From Escherichia coli (GTDB taxonomy: Bacteria > Pseudomonadota > Gammaproteobacteria > Enterobacterales > Enterobacteriaceae), in NCBI RefSeq assembly GCF_003790525.1, contig NZ_CP033635.1: a stretch of 64,000 nucleotides of DNA. One strand, 5' to 3'. A program made the translations under genes and the position numbers. How positions within the stretch are numbered: position 1 is the stretch's first letter; every line of letters begins with the position of its first letter. Below are positions 1-14,486 of this stretch, one piece after another. Below the pieces are notes generated by a model. The model saw only the letters and a list, made by a program, of their open reading frames with translations, was not told the DNA's origin and ran no database searches.

Positions 1-36
1 TTCCCTGGAAAGTTGCAGATACCACGAAGGCAAACG

Positions 37-507
37 ATGACCGAAATACAACGCCTGCTGACCGAAACGATTGAGTCTCTGAATACCCGCGAAAAACGCG
101 ACAACAAACCCCGCTTTAGTATCAGTTTTATCCGTAAACATCCGGGGCTATTTATCGGTATGTATGTTGCTTTTTTTGCCACCCTGGCGGTGATGTTGCA
201 GTCCGAAACGCTTTCAGGCTCTGTCTGGCTACTGGTGGTATTATTTATCCTGCTAAATGGTTTCTTCTTTTTCGATGTCTACCCACGCTACCGCTATGAA
301 GATATCGACGTGCTGGATTTCCGCGTTTGCTATAACGGCGAATGGTACAACACGCGCTTTGTACCTGCCGCGCTGGTTGAAGCCATCTTGAACTCTCCGC
401 GTGTCGCGGATGTTCATAAAGAACAACTGCAAAAAATGATCGTCCGTAAAGGTGAACTGTCTTTTTACGATATTTTTACCCTCGCTCGCGCCGAATCAAC
501 ATCTTAA
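37..507 (+). CDS. ylaC: inner membrane protein YlaC
   Basis: ORF 13..507; internal Met MTEIQRLL gives the ~156 aa protein I recall; hydrophobic segments; position next to pdeB. Confidence 0.85.
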
Positions 508-664
508 GTTAGGGTTACATACCAGGCGTAAAGCTCTGCGCCTGGTCAAATGACAACGTTCGTTTCCACCCATCACTTCATGAAATCCCGGCTCTACCTC
601 CTTATCTCCTGCCAGCCTTTTTCCACAATCAGATATACTTTCCCTACACTGTGTTAATAAGGAT

Positions 665-2221
665 ATGCTGGTGAGAACACGACATCTGGTCGGCCTTATT
701 TCGGGAGTACTGATTCTTTCAGTATTGCTGCCTGTCGGCTTAAGCATCTGGCTGGCCCATCAGCAGGTAGAAACATCATTTATTGAAGAGCTGAATACGT
801 ATTCCTCCCGCGTCGCTATTCGGGCCAATAAGGTGGCGACACAAGGGAAAGATGCGCTGCAAGAGCTGGAAAGATGGCAAGGCGCTGCCTGTAGCGAAGC
901 CCATCTCATGGAAATGCGTCGGGTATCTTACAGTTATCGCTATATTCAGGAAGTGGTTTATATCGATAACAACGTTCCCCAGTGTTCGTCTCTGGAGCAT
1001 GAAAGCCCGCCCGATACCTTCCCCGAGCCAGGTAAAATTTCGAAAGATGGTTATCGTGTCTGGTTAACATCGCATAACGATTTAGGCATTATCCGTTACA
1101 TGGTCGCCATGGGAACGGCACATTATGTCGTCATGATCGACCCCGCTTCCTTTATTGATGTCATTCCCTATAGCTCATGGCAAATTGATGCCGCCATTAT
1201 TGGCAATGCCCATAACGTTGTGATAACCAGCAGTGATGAAATTGCTCAGGGAATTATTACCAGACTACAAAAAACACCCGGTGAGCATATCGAAAATAAT
1301 GGAATCATTTACGATATCCTGCCCTTACCGGAGATGAATATTTCGATCATCACCTGGGCTTCAACGAAAATGTTGCAGAAAGGCTGGCATCGGCAAGTCT
1401 TTATTTGGTTACCGTTCGGGTTGGTGATTGGCCTGCTGGCAGCGATGTTTGTGCTGCGTATTTTGCGCCGTATCCAGTCACCGCATCATCGGCTGCAGGA
1501 TGCTATCGAAAATCGTGATATTTGCGTGCACTATCAGCCGATTGTCTCCTTAGCCAATGGCAAAATTGTCGGTGCTGAGGCACTGGCGCGCTGGCCGCAG
1601 ACAGACGGTAGTTGGTTGTCACCAGATAGTTTTATTCCGCTGGCACAGCAAACGGGGCTTTCTGAGCCGTTGACGCTACTGATTATAAAAAGTGTCTTTG
1701 AAGATATGGGCGACTGGCTGCGTCAGCATCCGCAGCAGCATATTTCGATCAATCTTGAATCCACCGTGCTCACCTCGGAAAAAATCCCGCAATTGCTGCG
1801 TGAAATGATCAATCACTATCAGGTTAATCCCAGACAGATCGCGCTTGAACTCACTGAACGCGAGTTTGCCGATCCGAAAACCAGCGCCCCGATAATTTCT
1901 CGCTACCGGGAGGCGGGCCATGAAATTTATCTCGATGATTTTGGTACGGGGTATTCAAGTTTAAGCTATTTACAGGATCTGGATGTCGACATTCTGAAGA
2001 TCGATAAATCTTTCGTTGATGCGCTGGAATATAAAAATGTCACGCCACATATCATCGAAATGGCAAAAACACTGAAACTGAAAATGGTAGCGGAGGGAAT
2101 CGAAACCAGTAAACAAGAAGAGTGGCTACGTCAGCATAGCGTGCACTACGGCCAGGGCTGGCTCTACAGCAAGGCATTACCGAAAGAGGATTTCTTACGC
2201 TGGGCCGAGCAACATTTGTGA
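665..2221 (+). CDS. pdeB: c-di-GMP phosphodiesterase PdeB (YlaB), membrane sensor plus EAL domain
   Basis: 518 aa ORF; N-terminal TM segment, second TM ~aa 240, C-terminal EAL-type domain (ELTERE, DDFGTGYSSL, KIDKSF motifs). Confidence 0.9.
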   Translation: MLVRTRHLVGLISGVLILSVLLPVGLSIWLAHQQVETSFIEELNTYSSRVAIRANKVATQGKDALQELERWQGAACSEAHLMEMRRVSYSYRYIQEVVYIDNNVPQCSSLEHESPPDTFPEPGKISKDGYRVWLTSHNDLGIIRYMVAMGTAHYVVMIDPASFIDVIPYSSWQIDAAIIGNAHNVVITSSDEIAQGIITRLQKTPGEHIENNGIIYDILPLPEMNISIITWASTKMLQKGWHRQVFIWLPFGLVIGLLAAMFVLRILRRIQSPHHRLQDAIENRDICVHYQPIVSLANGKIVGAEALARWPQTDGSWLSPDSFIPLAQQTGLSEPLTLLIIKSVFEDMGDWLRQHPQQHISINLESTVLTSEKIPQLLREMINHYQVNPRQIALELTEREFADPKTSAPIISRYREAGHEIYLDDFGTGYSSLSYLQDLDVDILKIDKSFVDALEYKNVTPHIIEMAKTLKLKMVAEGIETSKQEEWLRQHSVHYGQGWLYSKALPKEDFLRWAEQHL

Positions 2222-2261
2222 ATTTTAGGGCTGACGGCACGCCGCACAGCCCGTCCGCTAC

Positions 2262-2615
2262 CTACTCGTCGATGATTGATTCGAATCCACCATAGATCAT
2301 TCGCTTGCCGTCAAACGGCATGGACTCGCCGAACTCTTTCATCCGTGGGTCCGACATCATCTTTTGATTAGCAGCGTCGCGGACCTCTTTTGAAGGGTAT
2401 TCAATCCAGCTAAAGACAACCTCTTCATTCTCTTCAGCTTTTACCGCCATACGAAAATCGGTCACTTTGCCATCCGGTACATCGCTGGCCCAGCATTCGA
2501 CAATACGAAGCGCGCCAAACTCTTTAAACAATGGCGCGGCCTTAGCGGCCATTTCCCGATAGGCATCCTTTTTATCGGCAGGAACGGCAACAACAAAACC
2601 ATCAACATACTTCAT
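2262..2615 (-). CDS. ybaA: DUF1428 family protein YbaA
   Basis: 117 aa ORF, size and synteny match. Confidence 0.8.
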   Translation of the reverse strand: MKYVDGFVVAVPADKKDAYREMAAKAAPLFKEFGALRIVECWASDVPDGKVTDFRMAVKAEENEEVVFSWIEYPSKEVRDAANQKMMSDPRMKEFGESMPFDGKRMIYGGFESIIDE

Positions 2616-2915
2616 CAGACATACCTCCGAAGCGTACTGCGCAGCCAGACAATTCTTGCGACGTCAGTTGTGGTTAAAGTTTAGCCATGTTGGGATTTTT
2701 TGACGAAACGGTGGGAGGCAGAAATGGGTGGGGGCCCTGCCAGCTACATCCCGGCACACGCGTCATCTGCCTTGGCTGCTTCCTTCCGGACCTGACCTGG
2801 TAAACAGAGTAGCGTTGCGGGAGAACCAACAGAGCCCCCATTGAGAGCGTTGAGAACCAACGCGCAGGCGCATTATCACTGCTGCCCCAGCTAATTGCAA
2901 CCCATTGCGTGCCGG

Positions 2916-3305
2916 ATGCTGGTTTCTTGCGCAATGCGACTTCACTCGGGCGTTTTTCCAGATTATGCTGAAAAATTACCTCAGGAAGAAAAGATGGAAA
3001 AAGAAGATTCATTTCCCCAACGCGTCTGGCAAATCGTCGCCGCTATTCCCGAAGGCTATGTCACCACTTACGGTGATGTGGCGAAACTGGCAGGATCGCC
3101 CCGCGCCGCGCGCCAGGTGGGCGGTGTGTTAAAGCGTCTCCCTGAAGGCAGCACCTTGCCCTGGCACCGGGTGGTTAATCGCCACGGCACAATTTCGCTA
3201 ACCGGACCGGATTTACAGCGTCAACGACAGGCATTACTGGCAGAAGGTGTGATGGTATCGGGAAGCGGGCAAATCGACTTGCAGCGTTATCGCTGGAACT
3301 ACTAA
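2916..3305 (+). CDS. atl: alkyltransferase-like protein Atl (YbaZ)
   Basis: ORF 2895..3305; internal Met gives ~129 aa; MGMT-like C-terminal fold without the active-site Cys motif; synteny. Confidence 0.85.
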   Translation: MLVSCAMRLHSGVFPDYAEKLPQEEKMEKEDSFPQRVWQIVAAIPEGYVTTYGDVAKLAGSPRAARQVGGVLKRLPEGSTLPWHRVVNRHGTISLTGPDLQRQRQALLAEGVMVSGSGQIDLQRYRWNY

Positions 3306-3327
3306 CCCTCTCCGGGCGGAGAGGGTT
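3304..3327. terminator. bidirectional stem-loop between convergent atl and ybaY
   Basis: AACCCTCTCCG-GGC-GGAGAGGGTT perfect hairpin. Confidence 0.7.
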
Positions 3328-3335
3328 AACTGCGC

Positions 3336-3908
3336 TTAATATTGCGTAGGAGCTGGAACTGCCGAAGACGGATTCACCTGAGTTGGTGAAGTCGAAGGTA
3401 CGGTAGTCGTTGCGCCACCGCTGGCCTGAACCGGCACGGCGGTTTGCTGCACCGGCACCAATGTCAGGTCGGCTTTAGTTCCGCCCTGGTTGATCACCGG
3501 CTGAACGGTATCGGTAATAAATACCAGTTTGTCATTCACGGTAATCGCCGCACTCAACAGAATACGCGCATTCGGCTGAACATCTGCCGGGTTAAATGGC
3601 AGAACAAAGCTGAATGGTGACTGTTTACCTTCGGTACGCACCGCTTTCTGCGCCAGCACTTTTGACGGTGCATCGGCTAACGACGCGTCAGAAAGTGTCA
3701 CGGTCAGCACGGCATCAGGCGGCAGTGCGACTTTCTGACGGATCCAAACGGTACCGGAGACATTCGGTTGCTGGATAGCAGGTTGTTGTGTTGCTGAAAT
3801 AGACGTATTTGCAGCCGGTGCTGGCGTCTGAATATCCGCGCTTTTATCTGCGCAAGCCGCCAACGCAATCGCAACCGCTAAACCACTGGCCATGTGCACG
3901 AGTTTCAT
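3336..3908 (-). CDS. ybaY: lipoprotein YbaY
   Basis: 190 aa; signal peptide with lipobox LAACAD; synteny. Confidence 0.85.
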   Translation of the reverse strand: MKLVHMASGLAVAIALAACADKSADIQTPAPAANTSISATQQPAIQQPNVSGTVWIRQKVALPPDAVLTVTLSDASLADAPSKVLAQKAVRTEGKQSPFSFVLPFNPADVQPNARILLSAAITVNDKLVFITDTVQPVINQGGTKADLTLVPVQQTAVPVQASGGATTTVPSTSPTQVNPSSAVPAPTQY

Positions 3909-4125
3909 TCTCTTCTCCTTATTATCAATGCACCAGCGGGCTAACTTTCCTCGCCGGAAGAGTGGTTAACAAAATAGTAACGTCAACAAGTGTGGCACAC
4001 ATCACGCATTTCTGCCTGTAATTAGCCCGTAATTCAGACCATTGCACCCATCGGACCAGTGGCAAATTTGCGTTATACTCAACTCACTTTGGCTTGCTGC
4101 GGCAGCTTTGTTACTGGAGAGTTAT

Positions 4126-4986
4126 ATGAGTCAGGCGCTAAAAAATTTACTGACATTGTTAAATCTGGAAAAAATTGAGGAAGGACTCTTTCGCGGCCAG
4201 AGTGAAGATTTAGGTTTACGCCAGGTGTTTGGCGGCCAGGTCGTGGGTCAGGCCTTGTATGCTGCAAAAGAGACCGTCCCTGAAGAGCGGCTGGTACATT
4301 CGTTTCACAGCTACTTTCTTCGCCCAGGCGATAGTAAGAAACCGATTATTTATGATGTCGAAACGCTGCGTGACGGTAACAGCTTCAGCGCCCGCCGGGT
4401 TGCTGCTATTCAAAACGGCAAACCGATTTTTTATATGACGGCCTCTTTCCAGGCACCAGAAGCGGGTTTCGAACATCAAAAAACAATGCCGTCCGCGCCA
4501 GCGCCTGATGGCCTGCCTTCGGAAACGCAAATCGCCCAATCGCTGGCGCACCTGCTGCCGCCAGTGCTGAAAGATAAATTCATCTGCGATCGTCCGCTTG
4601 AAGTCCGTCCGGTGGAGTTTCATAACCCACTGAAAGGGCACGTCGCAGAACCGCATCGTCAGGTGTGGATCCGCGCAAATGGTAGCGTGCCGGATGATCT
4701 GCGCGTTCATCAGTATCTGCTCGGTTACGCTTCTGATCTTAACTTCCTGCCGGTAGCTCTACAGCCGCACGGCATCGGTTTTCTCGAACCAGGAATTCAG
4801 ATAGCGACCATCGACCATTCCATGTGGTTCCATCGCCCGTTTAATTTGAATGAATGGCTGCTGTATAGCGTGGAGAGCACCTCGGCGTCCAGCGCACGCG
4901 GCTTTGTGCGCGGTGAGTTTTATACTCAGGACGGCGTGCTGGTTGCCTCGACCGTTCAGGAAGGGGTAATGCGTAATCACAATTAA
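4126..4986 (+). CDS. tesB: acyl-CoA thioesterase II
   Basis: ORF 4042..4986; start at MSQALKNLL gives 286 aa; double hot-dog thioesterase. Confidence 0.9.
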
Positions 4987-4987
4987 A

Positions 4988-5026
4988 AAAATAGCCGGAG
5001 GTGAAAACCGTCCGGCTGTTTTTTGC
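4988..5026. terminator. bidirectional rho-independent terminator between tesB and amtB
   Basis: A-run, hairpin AGCCGGA...TCCGGCT, then T-run. Confidence 0.75.
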
Positions 5027-5034
5027 AGTGCTTG

Positions 5035-6321
5035 TTACGCGTTATAGGCATTCTCGCCGTGGCTGTTGACGTCCAGCCCTTCTCGCTCCTGTTCTTCCGG
5101 TACACGCAGACCAACCGTCAGATCCGCCAGTTTGTAGCCAATAAACGCCACCACACCGGACCAGACGATCGTAATGGCGATGCTTTCCAGCTGTACCAGC
5201 AACTGATGGCCCATCGTCACACCTTCAGCGAAGCCCACGCCGCCCAGCGAGCTGGCGGCAAAAATCCCGGTCATGATACAGCCGACAATGCCACAAACGC
5301 CGTGCACACCGAAAACATCGCAGGGATCATCCACCCGCAGCAAACGTTTGAGCATGGTAACGCCCCACAAGCCCGCCAGACCAGCTACCACGCCGATAAT
5401 CAACGCGCCGCCAACCCCAATGTAGCCACAGGCTGGCGTCACGCCGACCAGACCGGCAATCGCGCCAGAACACGCTCCCAGCAGTGAAGGCTTACCGCGC
5501 AGCGCCCATTCACCGAAGATCCAGCCAAGAATTGCTGCCGCCGTTGCGACCACAGTATTCACAAATGCCAGTGCTGCGATTTCATTCGCCGTGCCCGCTG
5601 ACCCGGCGTTAAAGCCAAACCAACCGATATAGAGAATGGCAGTCCCGGTGAAGACCATCGGCAGGTTGTGCGGTTTAAACGCCTCTTTGCCGAAGCCCAC
5701 GCGTTTGCCTATCAGATACGCGCCCACCAGACCGGCGATTGCGGCGTTAATGTGCACCACCGTGCCACCCGCGAAATCCAGTGCACCGTGAGAAGCCAGC
5801 AAACCGCCGCCCCAGACCATATGCGCAATCGGAATGTAGGAGAGCGTCAGCCATACCACCACGAAAATCAACACAGCTGAGAAGCGGATTCGTTCCGCCA
5901 GTGCTCCAACTATCAAGCCTACGGTAATGCAGGCAAACGATCCCTGAAACGCTACGTGGATATACTGATAAATGCTGCCCATCACCGCCGTCAGTTCGAT
6001 GTTTTTCAGCATCAACCAGTTAATGTTGCCGAAGAAGTTGTTTCCCTCACCAAACGCCAGCGAGTAACCGTAAACCACCCAGAGAATACAGACCAGTGCA
6101 AACGTCACCGTCACCTGCGTCAGCATCGACAGCACGTTTTTGCCGCGAATCAACCCACCGTAAAACAGGGCAATCCCCGGAATAGTCATAAACAGCACCA
6201 GCGCAGTACAAATCATCATAAACGCATTGTCGGCTTTATCGGCCACCGCAGGTGCAGCCATTACCAGTCCCGGCAGCATCGCCAGTGAAGCAAGCCCAGT
6301 TTTTATCGTCGCTATCTTCAT
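5035..6321 (-). CDS. amtB: ammonium transporter AmtB
   Basis: 428 aa polytopic membrane protein with signal peptide; glnK-amtB operon arrangement. Confidence 0.95.
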   Translation of the reverse strand: MKIATIKTGLASLAMLPGLVMAAPAVADKADNAFMMICTALVLFMTIPGIALFYGGLIRGKNVLSMLTQVTVTFALVCILWVVYGYSLAFGEGNNFFGNINWLMLKNIELTAVMGSIYQYIHVAFQGSFACITVGLIVGALAERIRFSAVLIFVVVWLTLSYIPIAHMVWGGGLLASHGALDFAGGTVVHINAAIAGLVGAYLIGKRVGFGKEAFKPHNLPMVFTGTAILYIGWFGFNAGSAGTANEIAALAFVNTVVATAAAILGWIFGEWALRGKPSLLGACSGAIAGLVGVTPACGYIGVGGALIIGVVAGLAGLWGVTMLKRLLRVDDPCDVFGVHGVCGIVGCIMTGIFAASSLGGVGFAEGVTMGHQLLVQLESIAITIVWSGVVAFIGYKLADLTVGLRVPEEQEREGLDVNSHGENAYNA

Positions 6322-6350
6322 TTTTCGTTCCTGTTGCTGTGTGCCAGAGA

Positions 6351-6689
6351 TTACAGCGCCGCTTCGTCGGCTTCGCCGGTACGAATACGAATGACGCGTT
6401 GCAATTCAGCGACGAAGATTTTGCCGTCGCCAATTTTTCCGGTGTAAGCCGCCTTACTGACGATATCAATCACTTCATCGAGTTGGTCATCAGCAATCGC
6501 CACATCAATTTTTACTTTTGGCAGGAAGTTGACGCTGTATTCCGCCCCCCGGTACAGCTCGGCATGCCCTTTCTGACGCCCGAAACCTTTCACTTCGGTG
6601 ACGGTCAGGCCCTGAATACCAATGGAAGATAACGCTTCACGAACGTCTTCCAGCTTGAATGGTTTGATTATCACGGTCACCAGCTTCAT
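6351..6689 (-). CDS. glnK: nitrogen regulatory PII protein GlnK
   Basis: ORF 6351..6827; Met at MKLVTVIIKPFKLEDV gives 112 aa PII protein (T-loop GAEYSVNF). Confidence 0.95.
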   Translation of the reverse strand: MKLVTVIIKPFKLEDVREALSSIGIQGLTVTEVKGFGRQKGHAELYRGAEYSVNFLPKVKIDVAIADDQLDEVIDIVSKAAYTGKIGDGKIFVAELQRVIRIRTGEADEAAL

Positions 6690-6740
6690 AGATCCCCTCC
6701 GGTCAGAATTCGGTAATGGTTCTGCTACACGAAGAAGGTA

Positions 6741-6758
6741 TTGCAAGCGGTGTGCCAG
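6741..6758 (-). promoter_or_regulatory. sigma54 (RpoN) promoter of glnK-amtB
   Basis: Minus strand reads CTGGCACACCGCTTGCAA = TGGCAC-N5-TTGCA, ~40-50 nt upstream of the glnK start. Confidence 0.8.
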
Positions 6759-6810
6759 AAATGAAAAACGAGAAAGAGAGCAGGAAGTTAAGAAGATTGA
6801 AAATGAAAAC

Positions 6811-6825
6811 GCACTATGACAGTGC
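6811..6825. promoter_or_regulatory. NtrC-type enhancer site upstream of glnK promoter
   Basis: Inverted repeat GCACtatgacaGTGC upstream of the sigma54 promoter; a second TGCACC-like element at ~6841. Confidence 0.55.
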
Positions 6826-6869
6826 ACAGTGCGTTACATTATTGCACCAACGATGAAATATTGCGCTAT

Positions 6870-10416
<3,547 letters not shown>

Positions 10417-10445
10417 GCGTTGTGTCCTGACCTGATTCTGGATAT

Positions 10446-10904
10446 TTATTCGATGGGTAAAGAAGTGGTGTATTTAATCTGTTCCATCGCGAAGCTGGAA
10501 GTGACGTCCGACAGCCCCGGCACGCTGTTTACCAGACGCTTATAAAACTCGTCGTAGCGTTTCATGTCGGCAACCTGGACGCGCATCAGATAATCGTATT
10601 CACCGGCCATGCGCCAGAACCCCAGCACTTCTGGCATTTCGGTAACCACCGTGACAAAGCGGCAATACCATTCGCTGCTGTGATGTTGCGTTTTTATCAG
10701 CACAAAGGCGGTCAGGCCGAGGCCTATTTTTTCCGGATCCAGCAGGGCGACTTTGCCGATAAGGATACCGTCGTCCTCCAGCCGTTTCAGACGCTTCCAG
10801 CAGGGGGTGGTTGTCAGATTAACGGCTTCAGCCAGTGCCTGCAAAGAGAGGGTGCAATCCTGCTGTAGCAAGGCCAGCAGCTTACGGTCAATTTTATCTA
10901 ACAT
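10446..10904 (-). CDS. decR: Lrp/AsnC family transcriptional regulator DecR (YbaO)
   Basis: ORF 10446..11132; internal Met [10 protein letters not shown] gives 152 aa HTH plus RAM domain. Confidence 0.85.
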
Positions 10905-11056
10905 AGCCCTTCCACAGAGAATTTTTTTCTCTTTTAATTCTATTTTAAAGGTGAAATCGCGACAATTTATTCTGTGCGGTTTAAGCACCACGGCACAAAA
11001 TGACAAATTCAACGCAAAAAAAACCGGGCAATTGCCCGGTGCTGGAAGGGATCTCG

Positions 11057-11875
11057 TTATTCGGGGGAATAAGGTAGATGTGGATAGTCCAGCCAGTGCG
11101 TCAAATAGTGAGAGACAGCCTGATTTCGGCAATGTCCAATCACCGGTAAATGCGGGAGCTCCGCGCGCAGTTGCGGCATCGCATTGCCCATAATAAATCC
11201 GCTACCGACACTGCCTAACATTTCGCGATCGTTCATCGCATCACCAAAGGCCATGCAATCGCGTAACGATAAACCTAAATGTTGGGTCAGCACCGTCAAT
11301 GCAGCGCCTTTATTGCAGCCCACCGGCAGCACTTCGAGGCAATCCGTGGCGGAAAAACATAAATGTGCACGCTCGCCTAATGCTTCGTATAGCTGGATCT
11401 GCAAGCGTGTAAGATCGTCGTGATCGCCACAGAAGCAGATCTTGGTGACGCTGCCGAGTGGCATTTTTTTGACATCGATTATCTGATAACGAAAACCGCT
11501 ATAGACAAATGCCTGCAACAACGCAGGGATCTCTTTCCCGGTAAACCAACCGTCGTCATTGAAGATATGCATGCTGGCTCGGGTATCCCATTGCTGATAC
11601 AGCACCAGCTCCGCGACATCCGCAGGTAAATCATCACGATGTAAAAGTTCACCTTCCAGAGAATGCACGCGCGTTCCGTTGCCAGTAATCAAATATGCAT
11701 CCAGCGATAGCGCCCCGAGAATATGCTGCATCTCCAGCGCATGACGCCCCGTGGCAAAAGTGAGGGTAATGTCGCGTTCACGCAGCCGCGCCAAAGTAGA
11801 GAGGGTTTTCTCACCTAAATGATGGTCAGGCATCAATAAAGTGCCATCCATATCAAATGCTGCCAGACGAGCCAT
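11057..11875 (-). CDS. cof: HAD-superfamily phosphatase Cof (HMP-PP phosphatase)
   Basis: ORF to 11887; HAD motif [10 protein letters not shown]; ~272 aa. Confidence 0.9.
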
Positions 11876-11974
11876 TTCTTTCTCCACTCTGTGACACGGT
11901 TAATTGTGATTGAGTATCACCTGATATATACGGAAGTAATAGTGAATAGTTAAATAATATTGTTCCGGGTTTAT

Positions 11975-13675
11975 ATGCGACTGCTCAACCGTCTTAACCA
12001 GTATCAACGTCTGTGGCAACCTTCCGCCGGAAAGCCGCAAACCGTCACCGTCAGCGAACTGGCCGAACGCTGTTTTTGCAGCGAACGCCATGTTCGTACG
12101 CTGTTGCGTCAGGCACAGGAGGCGGGATGGCTGGAGTGGCAGGCGCAGTCAGGACGCGGAAAGCGCGGACAATTACGCTTTCTGGTCACGCCAGAATCGC
12201 TACGCAATGCGATGATGGAACAGGCGCTGGAAACCGGAAAGCAGCAAGATGTGCTGGAGCTGGCGCAACTGGCCCCAGGTGAGCTGCGCACTCTGTTACA
12301 GCCGTTTATGGGCGGACAATGGCAAAACGATACGCCCACGTTGCGTATTCCCTACTATCGCCCGCTCGAACCGCTACAACCGGGCTTTTTGCCCGGCCGT
12401 GCCGAGCAGCATCTGGCCGGGCAGATATTTTCCGGCCTGACCCGCTTCGATAATAATACCCAGCGCCCGATTGGCGATTTAGCGCATCACTGGGAAACCT
12501 CTACTGACGGGTTACGCTGGGATTTTTATCTTCGCTCAACCTTACACTGGCATAACGGCGATGCAGTAAAAGCCTCCCACTTACACCAGCGGTTATTGAT
12601 GCTGTTACAACTGCCAGCACTGGATCAATTATTTATTAGCGTGAAGCGTATTGAAGTCACCCATCCGCAGTGTCTGACCTTCTTTTTACATCGCCCCGAT
12701 TACTGGCTTGCGCACCGGCTGGCGAGCTATTGCAGCCATCTGGCGCATCCGCAATTCCCCCTGATCGGCACGGGTCCTTTTCGCTTAACACAATTCACAG
12801 CGGAACTGGTGCGCCTGGAAAGCCATGATTATTACCATTTACGTCATCCGCTGCTTAAAGCGGTTGAGTACTGGATAACTCCGCCGCTTTTCGAAAAAGA
12901 TTTGGGAACCAGTTGTCGGCATCCCGTGCAAATCACCATCGGCAAACCGGAGGAGCTGCAACGGGTCAGCCAGGTCAGTAGTGGCATCAGTTTAGGTTTT
13001 TGCTATTTAACGTTGCGCAAAAGTCCCCGACTGTCCCTCTGGCAGGCGCGAAAAGTGATCTCCATTATTCATCAATCCGGTTTATTACAAACGTTAGAAG
13101 TCGGAGAAAACCTGATCACCGCCAGTCATGCATTACTGCCAGGCTGGACTATTCCGCAATGGCAAGTACCGGATGAGGTCAAACTACCGAAAACCTTGAC
13201 GCTGGTTTATCACCTACCGATAGAACTTCATACCATGGCAGAACGTCTACAGGCGACACTGGCAGCGGAAGGCTGTGAACTCACAATTATTTTTCATAAC
13301 GCAAAAAACTGGGACGACACGACCCTACTGGCACACGCAGACCTCATGATGGGCGACAGATTAATTGGCGAAGCACCGGAATATACCCTGGAGCAATGGC
13401 TGCGTTGCGATCCACTGTGGCCACATGTTTTCGACGCTCCAGCATATGCACATTTGCAATCGACACTGGACGCGGTGCAAGTAATGCCTGATGAGGAAAA
13501 CCGATTTAATGCCCTGAAAGCGGTTTTTAGCCAGTTAATGGCAGACGCGACGCTGACGCCGCTATTCAACTATCACTATCGCATTAGTGCCCCTCCCGGC
13601 GTGAACGGTGTGCGACTGACACCGCGCGGCTGGTTTGAATTTACCGAAGCCTGGCTTCCCGCGCCGTCGCAATGA
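11975..13675 (+). CDS. ybaE: uncharacterized solute-binding-like protein YbaE
   Basis: ORF 11960..13675; start MRLLNRLNQ gives 566 aa; synteny. Confidence 0.8.
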   Translation: MRLLNRLNQYQRLWQPSAGKPQTVTVSELAERCFCSERHVRTLLRQAQEAGWLEWQAQSGRGKRGQLRFLVTPESLRNAMMEQALETGKQQDVLELAQLAPGELRTLLQPFMGGQWQNDTPTLRIPYYRPLEPLQPGFLPGRAEQHLAGQIFSGLTRFDNNTQRPIGDLAHHWETSTDGLRWDFYLRSTLHWHNGDAVKASHLHQRLLMLLQLPALDQLFISVKRIEVTHPQCLTFFLHRPDYWLAHRLASYCSHLAHPQFPLIGTGPFRLTQFTAELVRLESHDYYHLRHPLLKAVEYWITPPLFEKDLGTSCRHPVQITIGKPEELQRVSQVSSGISLGFCYLTLRKSPRLSLWQARKVISIIHQSGLLQTLEVGENLITASHALLPGWTIPQWQVPDEVKLPKTLTLVYHLPIELHTMAERLQATLAAEGCELTIIFHNAKNWDDTTLLAHADLMMGDRLIGEAPEYTLEQWLRCDPLWPHVFDAPAYAHLQSTLDAVQVMPDEENRFNALKAVFSQLMADATLTPLFNYHYRISAPPGVNGVRLTPRGWFEFTEAWLPAPSQ

Positions 13676-13739
13676 ATAGCTGGTCCGGGTTAATCGCAGG
13701 CGTTACCATAACGCTTTTATTGTTCAAGCAGGATTATCT

Positions 13740-14435
13740 ATGAAACGTGCTGTCGTTGTGTTCAGTGGAGGCCAGGATTCCACCACCTGTCTGGTGCAGG
13801 CATTACAACAATATGATGAAGTCCATTGCGTGACGTTCGATTACGGTCAGCGACATCGCGCAGAAATCGACGTGGCACGCGAACTGGCGCTGAAACTGGG
13901 GGCACGCGCGCATAAGGTTCTTGATGTAACGCTGCTCAACGAGCTGGCGGTCAGCAGCCTGACGCGTGACAGCATTCCAGTGCCTGATTATGAACCTGAA
14001 GCTGATGGCATCCCGAATACGTTTGTCCCTGGGCGTAATATTTTGTTCCTGACACTGGCGGCAATATATGCGTATCAGGTAAAAGCAGAAGCGGTGATTA
14101 CCGGCGTCTGCGAAACGGATTTCTCCGGCTACCCGGATTGCCGCGATGAGTTTGTGAAAGCACTAAACCATGCCGTCAGTTTAGGCATGGCGAAAGATAT
14201 TCGTTTTGAAACGCCGCTGATGTGGATTGATAAAGCGGAAACCTGGGCGCTGGCAGATTATTACGGCAAGCTGGATTTAGTCCGTAACGAAACGCTGACC
14301 TGCTATAACGGCATTAAAGGCGACGGTTGCGGTCATTGTGCGGCATGTAATTTACGCGCCAACGGTTTGAATCATTATCTGGCCGATAAACCGACGGTGA
14401 TGGCAGCGATGAAGCAGAAAACCGGGTTGAATTAA
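13740..14435 (+). CDS. queC: 7-cyano-7-deazaguanine synthase QueC
   Basis: 231 aa; PP-loop SGGQDS and C-terminal Cys cluster CxxC. Confidence 0.95.
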
Positions 14436-14486
14436 TTATTCCGGGTGTCGCCGGATGCGGCTTGAGCATCCGGCACCACAAAACGT

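Noticed and set aside
2674-3012. 112-aa ORF on the - strand between ybaA and atl
   Set aside because: Overlaps the atl start region in antisense; no motifs; the region is better explained as divergent promoter DNA.
14443-14480. Hairpin GCCGGATGCGGC...GCATCCGGC between queC and fadM as a terminator
   Set aside because: Palindromic, but no U-tract on either strand and REP-like in sequence; more likely a REP-type element than a classical intrinsic terminator, so not listed as a feature.
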